From Pristiophorus japonicus (lineage: Eukaryota): a stretch of DNA of 64,000 bases. Both the position numbers and the translations under genes were made by a program. The first letter of the stretch is position 1. Every line of letters starts with the position of its first letter. The DNA lies in contig NC_091997.1 of NCBI RefSeq assembly GCF_044704955.1, positions 77,686,001-77,750,000 of the forward strand. The letters are read 5' to 3'. Of the stretch, positions 13,251 to 26,303 are shown one piece after another. A model generated the notes under the pieces. The model was not told the DNA's origin. It searched no databases and saw nothing but the letters and a program-made list of their open reading frames with translations.

Positions 13251-13598
13251 CATACAAACCTAAGAAATAAGAGCAGGAGTAGGCCATTCAGCCCCTCGAG
13301 CCTGCTCCGTCATTCAATAAGATCATGGCTGATCTGATCCTGGCCTCATCTCCACTTCCCTGCCCGCTCCCCATAACCCTTGACCCCCTTATCGTTCAAA
13401 ACTCTGTCTACCTCCACCTTAAATATATTCAACGATCCAGCCTCCACAGCTCTCTGGGGCAGAAAATTGCAAAGATTCATGACTCTCTGAGACAAGAAAT
13501 TTCTCCTCATCTCAGTTTTAAATGGGCGACCCCTTATTCTGAAACTATGTCCCCTAGTTCTAGATTCCCCCAGGAGGGGAAACATCCTCTCAGCATCT
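13251..13598 (-). mobile_element. CR1 3' fragment
   Basis: MFPLLGESRTRGHSFRIRG and tail. Confidence 0.9.
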
Positions 13599-14007
13599 AG
13601 TTTAAATTTTAAAATTCTCTACGCACTCCCCACTGAATCAGCCAGCAACATTTGTGCAGAATAAGATTTTCAATCAATATCAGTTCCGCGGAGTACATAA
13701 TTCAAACTTTGCTATTAACCTATTCAAAATAAATGTAAACTTTAATCTCTCCTGATCCAGCATGAGAAGAGTTTGGTGCTCACCAATGAGAAAAGGTCCA
13801 CCAATCAGATGGCATTTGGTATTCAGCATTTTGAAACTTAGTAGGTTAAGATCACAATTAACAAGTGTAAATTCTAAAGTTGCAATACTACATTCCCAAT
13901 ATCCTGATACCTTAGTCTGCCCACGTTACTTTGAAATGCAGATTTAATAACATTGCACCAAGATTAAGGTCTAAAAGTTTGTTATAGATCACAATTGAGA
14001 GAGCATA

Positions 14008-14177
14008 CGGGGCCTTAATTTAACGTCTCATCCGAAAGACGGCACCTCCGACAGTGCAGCACTCCCTCAGCACTGCACTGGAGTGTCAGCCGAGATTATG
14101 TGCTTAAATCTCTGGAGTGGGATTTGAACCCAGCGATTTGATTCAGAGGCGTGAGGGCTAGTGACTGAGTCACGGTT
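14008..14177 (-). mobile_element. DeuSINE 5' half
   Basis: Reverse complement of the SINE head and start of the Deu domain. Confidence 0.8.
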
Positions 14178-14186
14178 CGCTCTTTA

Positions 14187-14624
14187 TGTTAGCTGTGGCT
14201 CAACAGATAGCACCCTTGCCTCAGAATCAGAAGGTTGTGGGTTCAGGTCTCACTCCAGGACATAAATCTAGGCTGACACTCCAGTGCGGTACTAAAGGAG
14301 TGCTGCACTTTCGGATGGGATGTTAAACCGAGGCCCTGTCTGCTCCCTCAGGAGGATGTAAAAGATCCCATGGCATTATTTTGAAGAGGAGCAGAGGAGT
14401 TCTCCCCAGTGTCCTGGTCAATATTTATCCCTCAGCCAACATCGCTAAAACAGATTATCTGGTCATTATCAGATTGCAGTTTGTGGAGCTTTCTGTGCGC
14501 AAATAGGCTGCCTTGATTCCTACAATTCAACAGTGACTACACCAAAAGTACTTCATTGGCTGTAAAGCACTTTGAGACGTCCGGTGATAGTGAAAGCCGC
14601 TATATAAATGCAAGTCTTTCTTTC
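14187..14624 (+). mobile_element. DeuSINE (SacSINE1-like), near full length
   Basis: TGTGGCTCA A-box-like, GGTTCAGGTC B-box-like, Deu domain, TATATAAATGCAAGTCTTTC tail. Confidence 0.88.
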
Positions 14625-14639
14625 TATGTGTTAAATAAT

Positions 14640-15570
14640 ACACATACAGAGGCTGAACTCCTGGACATAGTCAACATATTTACTGAGGTGTACGAAAGCA
14701 TGGGCCTTATGCTAAACACCCGTAAGACAAAGGTCCTCCACCAGCCTGTCCTCGTCGCACATCACTGCCTCCCAGTCATCAAGATCCATGGCACGGCCCT
14801 GGATACCATGGACAAGTTCCCATATCTCGGGAACCTCCTATCAACAAGAGCAGGCATCGACGATGAGATCCAACACCGCCTCCAGTGCGCCAGTGCAGCC
14901 TTCGGCCACCTAAGGAAAAGAGTGTTTGAAAACCTGGCCCTCAAAACTGCTCCCAAGCTCATGGTCTACAGGGCTGTAGTAACACCCGCCCTCCTGTATG
15001 GCTCAAGTCACTGGAAAAATATCACCAAAGATGTCTCCGCAAGATCCTATAAACCCCTGGGAGGACCGACGCACCAACATCAGTGTCCTTGTCCAGGCAA
15101 ACATTCCCAGTATTAAAGCACTCGATCTGCTTCGCCGGGCAGGCCACATAGTTCGCATGCCAGACACGAGGATCCCAAAGCAAGTGCTCTACTCGGAGCT
15201 CCTTCACGGCAAACGAGCCAAAGGTGGGCAGAGGAAACATTATAGGGACATCCTCAAAGCCTCCCTGATAAAGTGCACCATCCCCACTGACACCTGGGAG
15301 TCCCTGGCTAAAGACCGTCCTAAGTGGAGGAAGTGCATCCGGGAGGGCGCTGAGCACCTCGAGTCTCGTCGCCGAGAGCATGCAGAAATCAAGCGCAGGC
15401 AGCGGAAGGAGCGTGCAGCAAACCTGTCCCACCCACCCCTTCCATCAACGACTATCTGTCCCATCTGTGACAGGGACTGTGACTCTCGTATTGGACTGTT
15501 CAGCCACCAAAGAACTCACTTCAAGAATGGAAGCAAGTCTTCCTCGATTCCGAGGGACTGCCTATGCTGA
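14640..15570 (+). mobile_element. RTE (BovB-like) LINE 3' part
   Basis: FPYLG...EIQHRLQCASAAFG, RMPDTRIPKQ, CPICDRDC..RIGLFSH. Confidence 0.92.
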
Positions 15571-16247
15571 TAAATAAATAAGGCATTTTAGCATTCTACG
15601 AGTGCTGCTAAAGTAGGATAGTGCAGAAGCAAGTTCCCCTGATTCAACTTTGTAATTATTCAGCATCAGAAGCTTACAGAAATTAGCCAGTGCCCATTTT
15701 CAGTGCCATCTGCTCCATTTCACTGTCGATCTAACTGCGTTTAATCCATTTAGATTTATAGCATTTTTTTTTTAAAAAGCCTCAATATATCTCCACTTGT
15801 GGTGCTATTTGTTTAATAAAGCTAATTTTGATTTCAGTATAGATTGATGCAGTTAATTACGGATGCTTAAGCAGCAGATTAATGACTCTGATTCTCACCT
15901 TTGCAAATACTGATTTGAAAATTAACCAACTAAATAGACCGCTTTGCCACCTCATTACTCAGTATCTACCAGTCGAATCACATTTCTCAAAAGTGTTCAA
16001 AAAATGTTGTTCCTCAAGATGAGGTCTCTCAATGCCGGAGAATGGACAGGCAAGGGTGCATTTTAACTCCTGACCGAGTAGCCGTGGGGAACCGATGTTC
16101 TTCCCATCCAGGAGTCCCTGTGTGAGGTCTTCGCCCATTAACTTCCGGTAGGCCAGCTGACTACTCCTGCCCATTTTGGGCAAGTCAAAGAACCACCACT
16201 GGCTTCGGGCAGGTCAAAATCATATGACCAAGTTCCGTTCACCCATT

Positions 16248-16549
16248 CTTCTTCTTAGGCGGCCCCTCGTATCGAGGATGACTTGCTCCACGCCAAAAAG
16301 GAATGAGTTCACAGTGTTTCAATGAAGGACCGAATATTCCACGTCCCGAACTACATGTTGAAGGGTGGAAGATGCCTGTGCGTGGATTTTTTTAACATGG
16401 GGTGGCCGTTGCACACCAGCCACCACACGGGCTTGACAGAGCTAGGTCTTGGTCCGGTGGCAAGGATTAACCAAGACGACTGGAGACCAGCTCTGCTACA
16501 CATATATCACAGAGTGGACTGGCCCATGCTGCCCCTGGGCCCTCGTCTC
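16248..16549 (-). mobile_element. Non-autonomous RTE-tailed element, 5'-truncated
   Basis: RTE-type tail with (AAG)n; 10-bp TSD TTCACCCATT at 16238-47 and 16550-59. Confidence 0.75.
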
Positions 16550-16829
16550 TTCACCCATTACCCTGCGCTCGCTGACCTACATTGGCTCCCGGTCCGGCAA
16601 AGCCTCAAATTAAAAATTCCCCATCCTGGTGTTCAAATCCCTCCAGGGTCTCGACCCTCCCTATCTCTGTAACCTTTTCCAACTCTCCAAGATCTCTGCA
16701 CTCCACCAATTCTGGGCTCTCGCGCATCCCCAATTTCCTTCGCTCCGCCACTAGCTGCTTCGTCCCAGAACTCTAGAATTATTTCCCTAATCCTCTCCGC
16801 CTCTCTCTCGCCTCCTTTAATAAAAATGG

Positions 16830-17324
16830 TAACTTTTATTTATATAGTGCCTTTAACGTAGCAAAACGTCCCAAGATGCTTCACAGGAGTAATCTGAGAC
16901 AAAAAATTTGACACAGTCACATAAGTAGAAATTAGGGCAGGTGACCAAAAGCTTGGTCAAAGAGGTAGGTTTTAAGGAGCGTCGTGAATGAGGAAAGAGA
17001 GGTCGAGAGGGGTAAAGTTTTAGGCAGAGAGTTCCAGAGCTTAGGGTCGAGACAACAGAAGGCACGGCAACCGACGGTCAGGGATGCTCACGAGGGCAGA
17101 ATTAGAGGAGCGCAGACATCTCGAAGGAGGTTGTGAAGCTGAAGGAGATTACAGAGATAGGGATGGGACGAGGCCATGGTGATATTTGAAGACAAGGATG
17201 TGAATTTTGAAATCGAAGTGTTGCTTCACCTAGAGCCAATGCAGGTCAGTGAGCACAGGGGGTGATGGGTGAGCGGGACGTGGTGCGAGTTAGGACACGG
17301 GGCAGCTCTGTTTTGGATCACCTC
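16830..17324 (-). mobile_element. L2 3' end nested antisense in L2
   Basis: Reverse-complement L2 tail and ORF2 end. Confidence 0.8.
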
Positions 17325-17727
17325 ATTCCTTAAGACACTCCTTAAAACCTACCTCTGTGACCAAGCCTTTGGTCACCTGTCCTTATATCTCCTTAAGGGG
17401 CTCGGTGTCAAACTTTGTCTGATAGCGCCCCTGTGAAGTGTCTTGGGACGTCTTACTACATTAAACGCACTGTATAAGTGTAAGTTGTTATTTTGTAGAT
17501 GGTTAGATGGTGTTAATCAGAAGTGACAGGCCTTGTTTGGACATTCTTATGTTCCTGTAAAATATGGAATTATGGCTCTGATATTACTTCCCTTCATGTG
17601 TAAGGTACAGTTAGACATGGGTTGGGACCCCAGAGTATGGATGAAGTTGGGAGATCTCAGCATTTGAGAAACCACAGAAGCAAAGTTCTTGGCAACTTCT
17701 ATGGCACCCCAAGGTGGGTATAACATA

Positions 17728-18180
17728 GAAAGAAATACTTGGATTTATATAGCGCCTTTCACAACCACAAATGTCTCAAAACACATTACAGCCAATGAAG
17801 TACTTTAGTCTCTAATGTAATGTAAGAAATGCGGCAGCCAATTTGCACACAAGCAAGCTCCTCCAAACAGCAATGTGATAATGGCCAGATAATCTGTTTT
17901 TGTTATGTTGATTGAGGGATAAATATTGGCCAGGACACCCGGGATAACTCCCCTGCTCTTCTTCGAAATAGTGCCCTGGGATCTTTTACATCCACCCGAG
18001 AGAGCAGACGGGGCCTCGGTTTAACGTCTCGTCCAAAAGACGACACCTCCGACAGTATAGCGCTCCCTCAGCACTGCACTGGAGCGTCAGCCTAGATTTA
18101 CGTGCTCAAGTCCCTGGAGTGAGACTTGAACCCGCAACTTCTGACTCAGAATTGAGAGCGCTACCCCCTGAACCACAGCT
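17728..18180 (-). mobile_element. DeuSINE, full length
   Basis: Complete head, Deu domain and tail on minus strand. Confidence 0.9.
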
Positions 18181-18639
18181 GCACATGTGCAATAAGACTG
18201 TAATATTCAAATATCGTCACATCGTGCAGGTTTACCCATTTCTGAGTGGCTGTGCCTGTTCATAACCCAGGAAGTAAGGCAAGACATACTGCTACACTTG
18301 CCTGCAATTATTATTCAGCATAAATCATTCTATTATCTCTAGGACTCGGGTGTTCACAAATATATTCTGCTGATCAGTGAACTGTTCCAATTTCATTTCC
18401 ACCTTTAATAGGATAGCGCTTTGATGTGAGGTTTTTTTGATCATTTTTACTTTTAACTTGTGTGAAGCCCCAGTTTCTGAGAAGACAATTCTCATCAAAG
18501 GATGTGTTTCTTCCGAAGTATGTACATATATTACACACACAAATATATATATATATATAGTCAAAATTGCTCGAGCTAAAAATGAATTTGTTAATCATTT
18601 AAATCAGACAATATAAATAAGACAGAAAAGTGAAACTTA

Positions 18640-19175
18640 ACAACAATAACTTGTATTTATATAGCGCCTTTAATGTAGTGAAACGTCCCAAGGTGCTTCA
18701 CAGGAGTGTTATAAGACAAAAAAATTTGACACCGAGCCGTATAAGGAAAAATTAGCACAGGCAACCAAAAGCTTCCTCAAAGAAGTGTCTTGAAGCAGGA
18801 AAGAGAGGTGGAGAGGCGGAGAGCTTAGGGCCCAGGCAACAGAAGGCATGGCCACCAATGGTTGAGCGATTATAATCAGGGATGCTCAAGAGAGGAGAAT
18901 TAGAGGAGGGCAGATATCTCGGGGGGGTTTATGGGGCTGGAGGAGATTACAGTGAGAGGGAGGGGGCGAGTCCATGGAGGGATTTGAAAACAGAGATGAG
19001 AATTTTGTTGCTTAACCGGGAGCCAACGTAGGTCAGCGAGCACTGGGGTGAAGGGTGAGCGGGACTTGGGGCAAGTTCGGACATGGGGCAGCCGCGTTTT
19101 GGATCACCTCTCGTTTATGTAGGGTAGAATGTGGGAGGCCAGCCAGGAGTGTGTTGGAATAGTCAAGTCTAGAGG
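18640..19175 (-). mobile_element. L2 3' end
   Basis: (AAC)n ACTTGTATTTATATAGCGCC tail. Confidence 0.85.
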
Positions 19176-19541
19176 CTTAAAGAGTGCATAAAGATTTCAA
19201 ATTTTAGAAATCTTGAGTTGAGCAGCATTGAATTAAGAGCAAATATATGAACGTGAGCTCTAGGAATTACACGGTGCAACGCCTTCAGTTTCAGTTCAGA
19301 ACTATTACTTGTTACTTTTCAACTATACTTTCTAATGTGTTTGACTCAGACACAGAAAGGCTTGTTTTCAGGGTTCTTCTGGTGGCTAAATGGTTAAATG
19401 CAATGTAACCTCCTCCAGCCCTGCAACCCTCCGAGATCTCTGCGCTCCTCCAATTCAATTCTGGCCTCTTGAGCATCCCTGATTTTAACCCCTGCACCCC
19501 TGGCAGCTGTGCTTTCAGCTGGAAAGGCCTTAAACTCGAAT

Positions 19542-20184
19542 GGGCCCGAAATTGGTGGAAGCGAAGTTCCGCCCAAGTGCCGCCCAAAGGCCCGCCGAGA
19601 TCCTGACGGAACTTTGGGCGGGAGTTTCATGGAAAGATCTTGGAAAGACCGCCCAGCGGCAAAAAATGAGACTTGCGTCCTGAATCTGGGCGGCAGCGGG
19701 CGGGACCTTCCAATCTCGGCGGCAAATGCGATCGGCGGCAAAGTACCGGCGAGGATTTGAGTCGGGCCCAGGGAGGGGGAGGGGGGGGGAAACTGATGAA
19801 ATTTAAAATTTAAAAAAAACAACACTAGAAATCCTTCAGGGGACCCCACCCACCTGAATCCCTGCAAATAAATTAAAGAAAAGTGAAGTTACAGTTTTTT
19901 TGCAGGTCTTCCTACTTACCGTTGGGGTCGGACCTGCCTCCACGTGCCGGTCCTTCCCCGTGCTGCCGCCGACTACCGCCTGAACCAAACTGGCAGCTCG
20001 GCGGGAGGGAGGGAGGGAGGGAGGGAGGACACTTAGCGCGTTACGCGCGGCAAACGTCAGCGGGCGGTCCCCAGCGGTACTCCCCTCCCCGCCGGCAGGG
20101 GGGCCTCCACCAAACTCGCTCGGAGGGGAGACCGCCCCCAGAGAACTCGGCGGCAACGGGCGGTGAGCCCACCAGTTTTGGCCC
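19542..20184. mobile_element. GC-rich MITE (PIF/Harbinger-like termini) inserted in L2 (19404-20325)
   Basis: TIRs GGGCCCGAAATTGGTGG / CCACCAGTTTTGGCCC; L2 continues on both sides. Confidence 0.7.
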
Positions 20185-20354
20185 TTATAATTCCTTCCCT
20201 GAACCTCTCCACCTCCTGTCCTCATATCTCGTGTGCCTTGGTTTGAAATTTTGTTTGAGAACGCTCCTGTGAAACAGCTGTGGATGTGGCAAAGGCGCTA
20301 TAAAAAGGCAAACTGTTGCTGTTGTATGACTGGTATTAAGTCACACACGTACCA

Positions 20355-21080
20355 GACGGTCCCAGGCTCAATTCTCCGTCTGCGCTGTGTGAGCTGATCT
20401 CAGTCACAGGAAGAAATAAAGACTTGCATTTATATAGCGCCTTTCACGACTACCGGACGTTTGGAGTGCAGTCACTTTTGTAATGTGGGAAACGCGGCAG
20501 CCAATTTGCGCACAGCAAGCTCCCACAAACAGCAATGTGATAATGACCAGATAATCTGTTTTTTTCTTGTGTTGATTGAGGAATAAATATTGGCCAGGAC
20601 ACCGGGGATAACTCTCCTGCTCTTCTACGAAATAGTGCCATGGGATCTTTTGTCCATCTGAGAGAGTAGACGGTTTTAACGTCTCATTCAAAAGATGGCA
20701 CCTCCGACAGTGCAGCACTCCCTCAGCACTGCAAGTGTCAGCCTAGCTTTCGGTGCTCGAGTCCCTGGAGTGGGACTTGAACCCACAACCTCCTGGCGCA
20801 CGAGGTGAGAGTGCTGCCCACTGAGCCACGGCTGATACTTGCAAGGTGCGGTGTTGCAAGACTCACCAAACTACGGAAAGGAAAAATGAGCCAGCGTCCC
20901 TGCTTCCGTTCACTATCCAGTACCTCTGCTGGACAGTGAACACGTGACAAGATCACAAGGGTAAGCTTGGTTGAAGAAGGCCCCCCGTTCATTTGATCGC
21001 ATCCTTCCCACAATATCAACAATGCCGACCATGATATGGACGCTGGCTGAGAGTAGGATTGGCTTGACTGTAATGTCAGC
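20355..21080 (+). mobile_element. Old SINE relic (possibly UCON3-type), split by DeuSINE
   Basis: GGTCCCAGG...GAGCTGATCTCAG...GGAAAAATGAGCCAG...CTATCCAG; similar relics at ~46455-46630 and ~49280-49540. Confidence 0.35.
20410..20836 (-). mobile_element. DeuSINE
   Basis: Head, Deu domain and tail on minus strand. Confidence 0.88.
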
Positions 21081-21087
21081 CAACACT

Positions 21088-22216
21088 GGGGTCGAAATTG
21101 TTTTTTTTATGCCGCCCGTTACCACCGGCGGCAGGCGGCAAATGTGCGAAAAAGTCCTACCGCCAGCGGTGAGCGGCGCCCTCGCCTCCGGAGACATTCG
21201 GTTGGGTCTTTGGTAAAGGCGCCATGAGGTAATGATGAGCCGTCTAACGCCACCTAGCGTACCATCATCATCACGGGCAGTCCCTTGTATCGAGGATGAC
21301 TTGCTTCCACGCCAAAAAGGGATGAGTTCACAGGTGTTCCAATGAAGGATCTAATATTCCAGATCCTAAACTACATCCTGAAGGGTGGAAGATGCCTGTG
21401 CGTGGATTTTTTTAACGTGTGGTGGCCTTGGTCCAGTGGCAAGGATTAACCAAGACGACTGAAGACTAGCTCTTCTGCACGGACCTAGTGCACGCACATA
21501 TCGCAGTGTGGGCTGGGCCCGTGCTGCCCCTGGGCCCTCGCCCCTTCTGGCCCCAAACTCACACCTCTCCTGGGCCCCGATCATATCCCTCTGCAATCTC
21601 TCGCTGCTCCTTCACTCTGACCTCGCCGCTCCTGCTGTACCTGCCCACGCTCCAATCACTGACCTGGACCTTGGCGACGTCACTCTTCGCTGCCGTTGCC
21701 CTCCTGCACCAGCTCGCGCTGCTCCTGGGTCGCACACCGTTCCTTTCATGGACCCGACCTGCCGCTGGTGTTCTCACGCAGGTTGGGGCCTCCATGCGTG
21801 CCGCTGTCGCGATATTCGGTCTCCGCGGCGGCCTTACCGTCAGGCGTTCGTACCGCCTGAGCAATCGCCCAGAGAGCAAGGTACGTTTATTTATTTATTT
21901 ATGCATTTTTCCTTCAGTTGTAACAGTGGGGAAGTGTGTGTGTGTGGTTTGGAGAAGTTTTAGTTTTTTTTTTCCTCCTGTTTTTTTCTCCGAGCATGCC
22001 GGCAGCCTCCCATCGCGAGATTGAGTCGGCCTTCTGAGCTCCCGCCCTGTTGGCGCCCGAGGGGGAGTGCGCAACGCCACCTTTTACCGCTGCCCTCTCA
22101 CCTTTGGGCGTAAAAACTGAATTTGGCAGTGGGAGCCCGCTCCCAACGCCTGCCGGTAAAATCAGCATTCGGGCGGTGACACCGCCTCAAAACCGGCCGC
22201 AACCAATTTCGAGCCC
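21088..22216. mobile_element. GC-rich MITE, interrupted
   Basis: GGGGTCGAAATTG ... CAATTTCGAGCCC termini. Confidence 0.6.
21263..21796 (-). mobile_element. Non-autonomous RTE-tailed element, apparently full length
   Basis: (ATG)n tail; TSD-like GCGTACC/GCGTGCC; same 5' end as 46705 copy. Confidence 0.75.
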
Positions 22217-22877
22217 TCAATGTCGAAGCTCATGGCTTAATAACGGTCACTTCAGTCAAGTCTCGCAGAGATTCCGACGGGGTTCACCCCACAGGAGGAT
22301 TTTGGGTAAATATTCAGCTTAGAATTTCAAAAGGCGGGAGCAGAAGGCATCATATATTCCTTAAATTCCTCTTGTGTAAGTGCAGATGCGCCTATGTAAA
22401 GAAAAATGAGCTTTTAGGGCAGGTGTGCAGGCCCGGATCCAAATCCAGACACAAGTACTTTATTTCCCTGAACCACAGCTGCACAAAGGATGAATTCATC
22501 TCTTCCATTTACTTAGCACAGCTTCAAGTTCTAAGAAAAGTCTTTGATCAATCTTAATGCGTAACGCTTACTGAATTAATTATGCTTGGTACTTAAGAAG
22601 CTCATTACTAATTGCTAGTACGATATTATTACAACTTTCAGTGTGTGTGAATCTTGGAGAGGTCCTTAACCCTGTGGACCTCACCAAAATGCAATATGTC
22701 TCCTTGCTGCTGTAGCAAAATGGACGCACATTATCGCAGGTTGATTAATTCAGTGTCAAGTTGTGGTCAGTTTATTGCTGTGGGTCCTCGTCACTAAGAT
22801 CGGTTTGAACCTCTCCAAACTCAATTCATTCTGGACACTTAACAGCTAGCTGAGCGCGCAGCTAGGTCCCTGAGTCA

Positions 22878-23049
22878 CAAACCTGGAATTCCCTCCCTAA
22901 CAGCACTGTGGGAGCACCTTCACCACACGGACTGCAGCAGTTCAAGAAGGCGGCTCACACCACCACCTTCCCAAGGGGCAATTAGGGATGGACAATAAAT
23001 GCTGGACTTGCCAGCGATGCCCACATCCCAGCAATGAATTAAAAAAAAA
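22878..23049 (+). mobile_element. Zenon-like LINE tail
   Basis: CAGCACTGTGGGAGCACC...CAATAAATGCTGG...A-rich end. Confidence 0.75.
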
Positions 23050-23306
23050 GATTATTTCACCAGTCTTGGCTTGCTTTCAATCCAGATCTCTCAGGCAGAA
23101 GGGTAATATGGAAATTTTGCACAACACTAAAAACTATTGCTTTAAAATGCCTATAAATTAAAGCTTCTGCTTCCTAATTGTAATATAAATCACGGGGTGA
23201 AAATCCTGTGAAACAATGCATTACATGAGTTTTTACACCCATGACCCAACAGATGCAACTCTTCGTGTGAACAATATGATGGATTTTACAGTATAGGAAT
23301 ATGGAG

Positions 23307-23405
23307 ACACACACACACACAGGTACACACACACACACACACACACAGGTACACACACACATACACAGGTACACACACCCAGACCCACACACACTTAAGC
23401 ACACA
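23307..23405. repeat. Interrupted (CA)n microsatellite
   Basis: Seen directly. Confidence 0.95.
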
Positions 23406-24379
23406 GTATGCGACTACTTCCGGGTCGTTGGCGCCCCCAAATGGAACGTGAGGCCGATTGGGTGCATTACAAAGGCTGGTTCTGGACATTCACGCGATTT
23501 TGCTTAGGTCCCAGTCAGCGTTCCCGCTACGCTGCGTGGCCGCTCACGGAGCTTGCTGTGCGCAAACTGAATGCTGCGTTTCCTACATTAGGACAGTGAC
23601 TACACTCCAAAATTACTTCAATGGCTTTAAAGTGCTTTGAGACATCCGGTGGGCATGAGAGGCTCTATATAAATGCAAGTCTTTCGTTGTGCTGAGGAAA
23701 GATGTAAATTGGGAGATTGTGTTACTCCGGTTGTACCTTGTTTGAATAATGGATTGGTGGACTGAAACGGCAGCAATGCAGCACAGGCTTGTAATGGGTT
23801 CTTTAACGTTTCATTTACATTCACCAAGATTGATCTTGTGTACAAACATTGATTGAACAGCAGGCGATAACCGCAGTCTTCTAGTTTTCCTATAGATATT
23901 TTTACTTATATACTTGCTGTAATTCCCATCTCACCGTGAAGACTGTTCCTCTCAGTATGAGATTAACCAGGACCGCTCTTGCTCTGGAAGCACACCTCAG
24001 ACATTCACTCAAGGCCTCCTGCTGTATAGCTGTGGGGTGAATGACTATGCACCCTAGCTCTGTCCAAAAAAAACGCAACCTCGATTACTCTTCAGAGGCC
24101 TGGGGATTCCCTCATTTTTGCCTCAATCACACAGACGAGCCAACCTTCCGTTGCATGGCCAAGGGTCTTGTGGTGAGCCACCGAGACTTGCTGCCAACAA
24201 TGAGCTTTTGCTTCACGGTTACTTTTCCGGGAGGAAGAGGCAAGGGGAAGGAAGACAAACTTCAATTTCAGCGAACTCTTGATCTTCAACAGGACCTGGA
24301 GCCAAACAGTAAATTGAACGACAACCAGGCTGTAGCAATAAATAATGAGCCATGTTTACAATGAGAACCAGAGCAGGAG

Positions 24380-24850
24380 AAAGTAAAAAAGACTTTAATT
24401 TATATAGCGCCTTTCACGACCATTTTATATCTCAAAGCGCTTTACAGTCAATGAAGTACTTTTGGAGTGTAGTCACTGTTGCAATGTGGGAAACGCGGCA
24501 GCCAATTTGCACACAGCAAGCTCCCACAAACAGCAATGTGATAATGACCAGATCATTTGTTATAGTGATGTTGATTGAGGGATAAATATTGGCCAGGACA
24601 CCAGGATAACTCCCCTGCTCTTCTACGAAATAATGCCACGGGATCTTTTACATCCACCTGAGAGGGCAGACGGGGCCTCGGTTTAACGTCTCATCTGAAA
24701 GACGGCACCTCTGACAGTACAACACTCCCTCAGCACTGCACTAGAAGTGTCAGCTTAGATTTATGTGCTCAAGTTCCTGGAGTGGGACTTGAACCCACAA
24801 CCTTCTGACTCAGAGTGCGAGAGTGCTACCCACTGAGCCACAGCGGACAC
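24380..24850 (-). mobile_element. DeuSINE, full length
   Basis: Complete unit on minus strand. Confidence 0.9.
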
Positions 24851-24987
24851 TTTAACAACAGAAGGATTATGTTGATGGGGTGAGATGAAGAGGGGATGGG
24901 CGGAGACTCGTGTGGAACATAAACCAGCATGGACCAGTAGGGCCGAAGGACCTGTTTCTGTGCTGTGAGCGCTGTGTAGTTGTAGTA

Positions 24988-26303
24988 CAGGCAACTCTCG
25001 ATTATCCGTACACGGATCTAACGGAGAACCCACTGCAACGGCACTTTTAAAAACTGTGATTCTGTCCCGTGCACAGCTGCACACGACCATTAAACACAGT
25101 CCTGCGCTGGCACACAGCATTATCACTTCACACAGAGGAAGGGCTTTATTTTAAAATAAAGTTTAATGCAGTCTCGACCTTAAAAGAATTATTGTAGAGC
25201 AACCAAATTAACTTGGACCTGGACAGTCTGTGCGCTTATACTGCGACCCATTCAGTTGGAGAAAATTTCTTAACCTATAACCTTTGTAACGTTTATAATG
25301 TGTAGCCAGCTCCCCTGTCTCTCTCTGATGAATTATGGGATAGGGAGAGTGGTCAAGTAAGAAATGTATACTTAAGCAGAAGGCATGTGTAGTCTCCAAA
25401 GTCCGTTGACCCTGAGTCATGGAGATAGGGGAAGTAAGACAATGGGCGGTTGGAGAGGCAAACAGATGTATATCGCTTGTACTAATAACAGGAAGATAGT
25501 TCCTTGTTTTTCTGCTGATGCGGGGAACTAACCCCGCTTGTGTGTGCGTATGCTAGTTAACCTTTGACTTACCACAATGTAAAGATAGATTGTCATAGCA
25601 TTACCATATAGGGTAAGACGTTACAAAAATGTTAGATAATTGGACAATGGTGTAAGGGGGCAGGACCGCCCCCAAAGGTATAATTGAAAACTTCGCTCGG
25701 AGAGAAGGAGTGGCGAAGCTGCGGAGTTTTCCCACTTGCAGAGCGCTCTGTATGAATAAACTGTGACGTTTCCCTCACTGTTCTCGGACTCGGTTTGGAA
25801 TTTATTTCCCTTACACATCCTCGCATTATCAGATCGAAGGCATTGATCCCAACCGCGCTCTTTTAGGACACTGTGCAGAGCATCACGCTGGAAGCAAGTT
25901 CAGAGGGGCAAAAGATTTATCCAACTCTTCCTCCCTTCCCTGCCGTCTTTCTGTTTTCTGATCTTGGTGAATGTGCTCTTGTGCAGTCTGGAGTATCACT
26001 GAGGGTGTTGCCTCGGGGGTAAGTAAAACCGAGTCTCATTCGACCTCCAGCGGTTGAAGCCTTTAGACTGGCCATTTTAAGAAAAAGTAGACACAGTATA
26101 ACATGGGTCTCTTTACTTTATATTAAAATGAATAGGTGGACAATCCCATCCTGGAGTGCACAGAAGCAGAAAAGCATCAAAGTACTGTATAAATTTGGGA
26201 CCCAAACTTTCTCGGCAAGTACGTGCACTCGCCCGAGCGGCAAAATCGTTTACCCCCAGAATAATCCGATCCCCGAGGGCCCCGGATAATCGAGAGTTGC
26301 CTG
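24988..26303. mobile_element. Tigger/pogo-type non-autonomous DNA transposon
   Basis: Perfect 21-bp TIR CAGGCAACTCTCGATTATCCG, TA TSD on both sides. Confidence 0.88.
25285..25815 (+). mobile_element. Probable ERV-like solo LTR nested in the Tigger element
   Basis: TGTAA...TTACA, GC box, TATAA (~25679), AATAAA (~25755); TSD not confirmed and 5' boundary uncertain. Confidence 0.5.

Larger units (their letters stand above)
16227..17492 (+). mobile_element. L2 3' end with nested insertions
   Basis: LADLHWLPVRQ peptide; tail resumes at ~17325. Confidence 0.75.

Noticed and set aside
14187-14260. tRNA genes at SINE heads
   Set aside because: Each continues into the Deu domain and L2-type tail; these are SINEs
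18232-18260. Candidate CD276 exon AQPLRNG
   Set aside because: Resembles QPLKH only in phase 0, incompatible with expected phase 1; poor acceptor
23061-23095. Candidate CD276 cytoplasmic exon ending ...AKT|GT
   Set aside because: In-frame TGA a few codons upstream and weak donor GTGAAA
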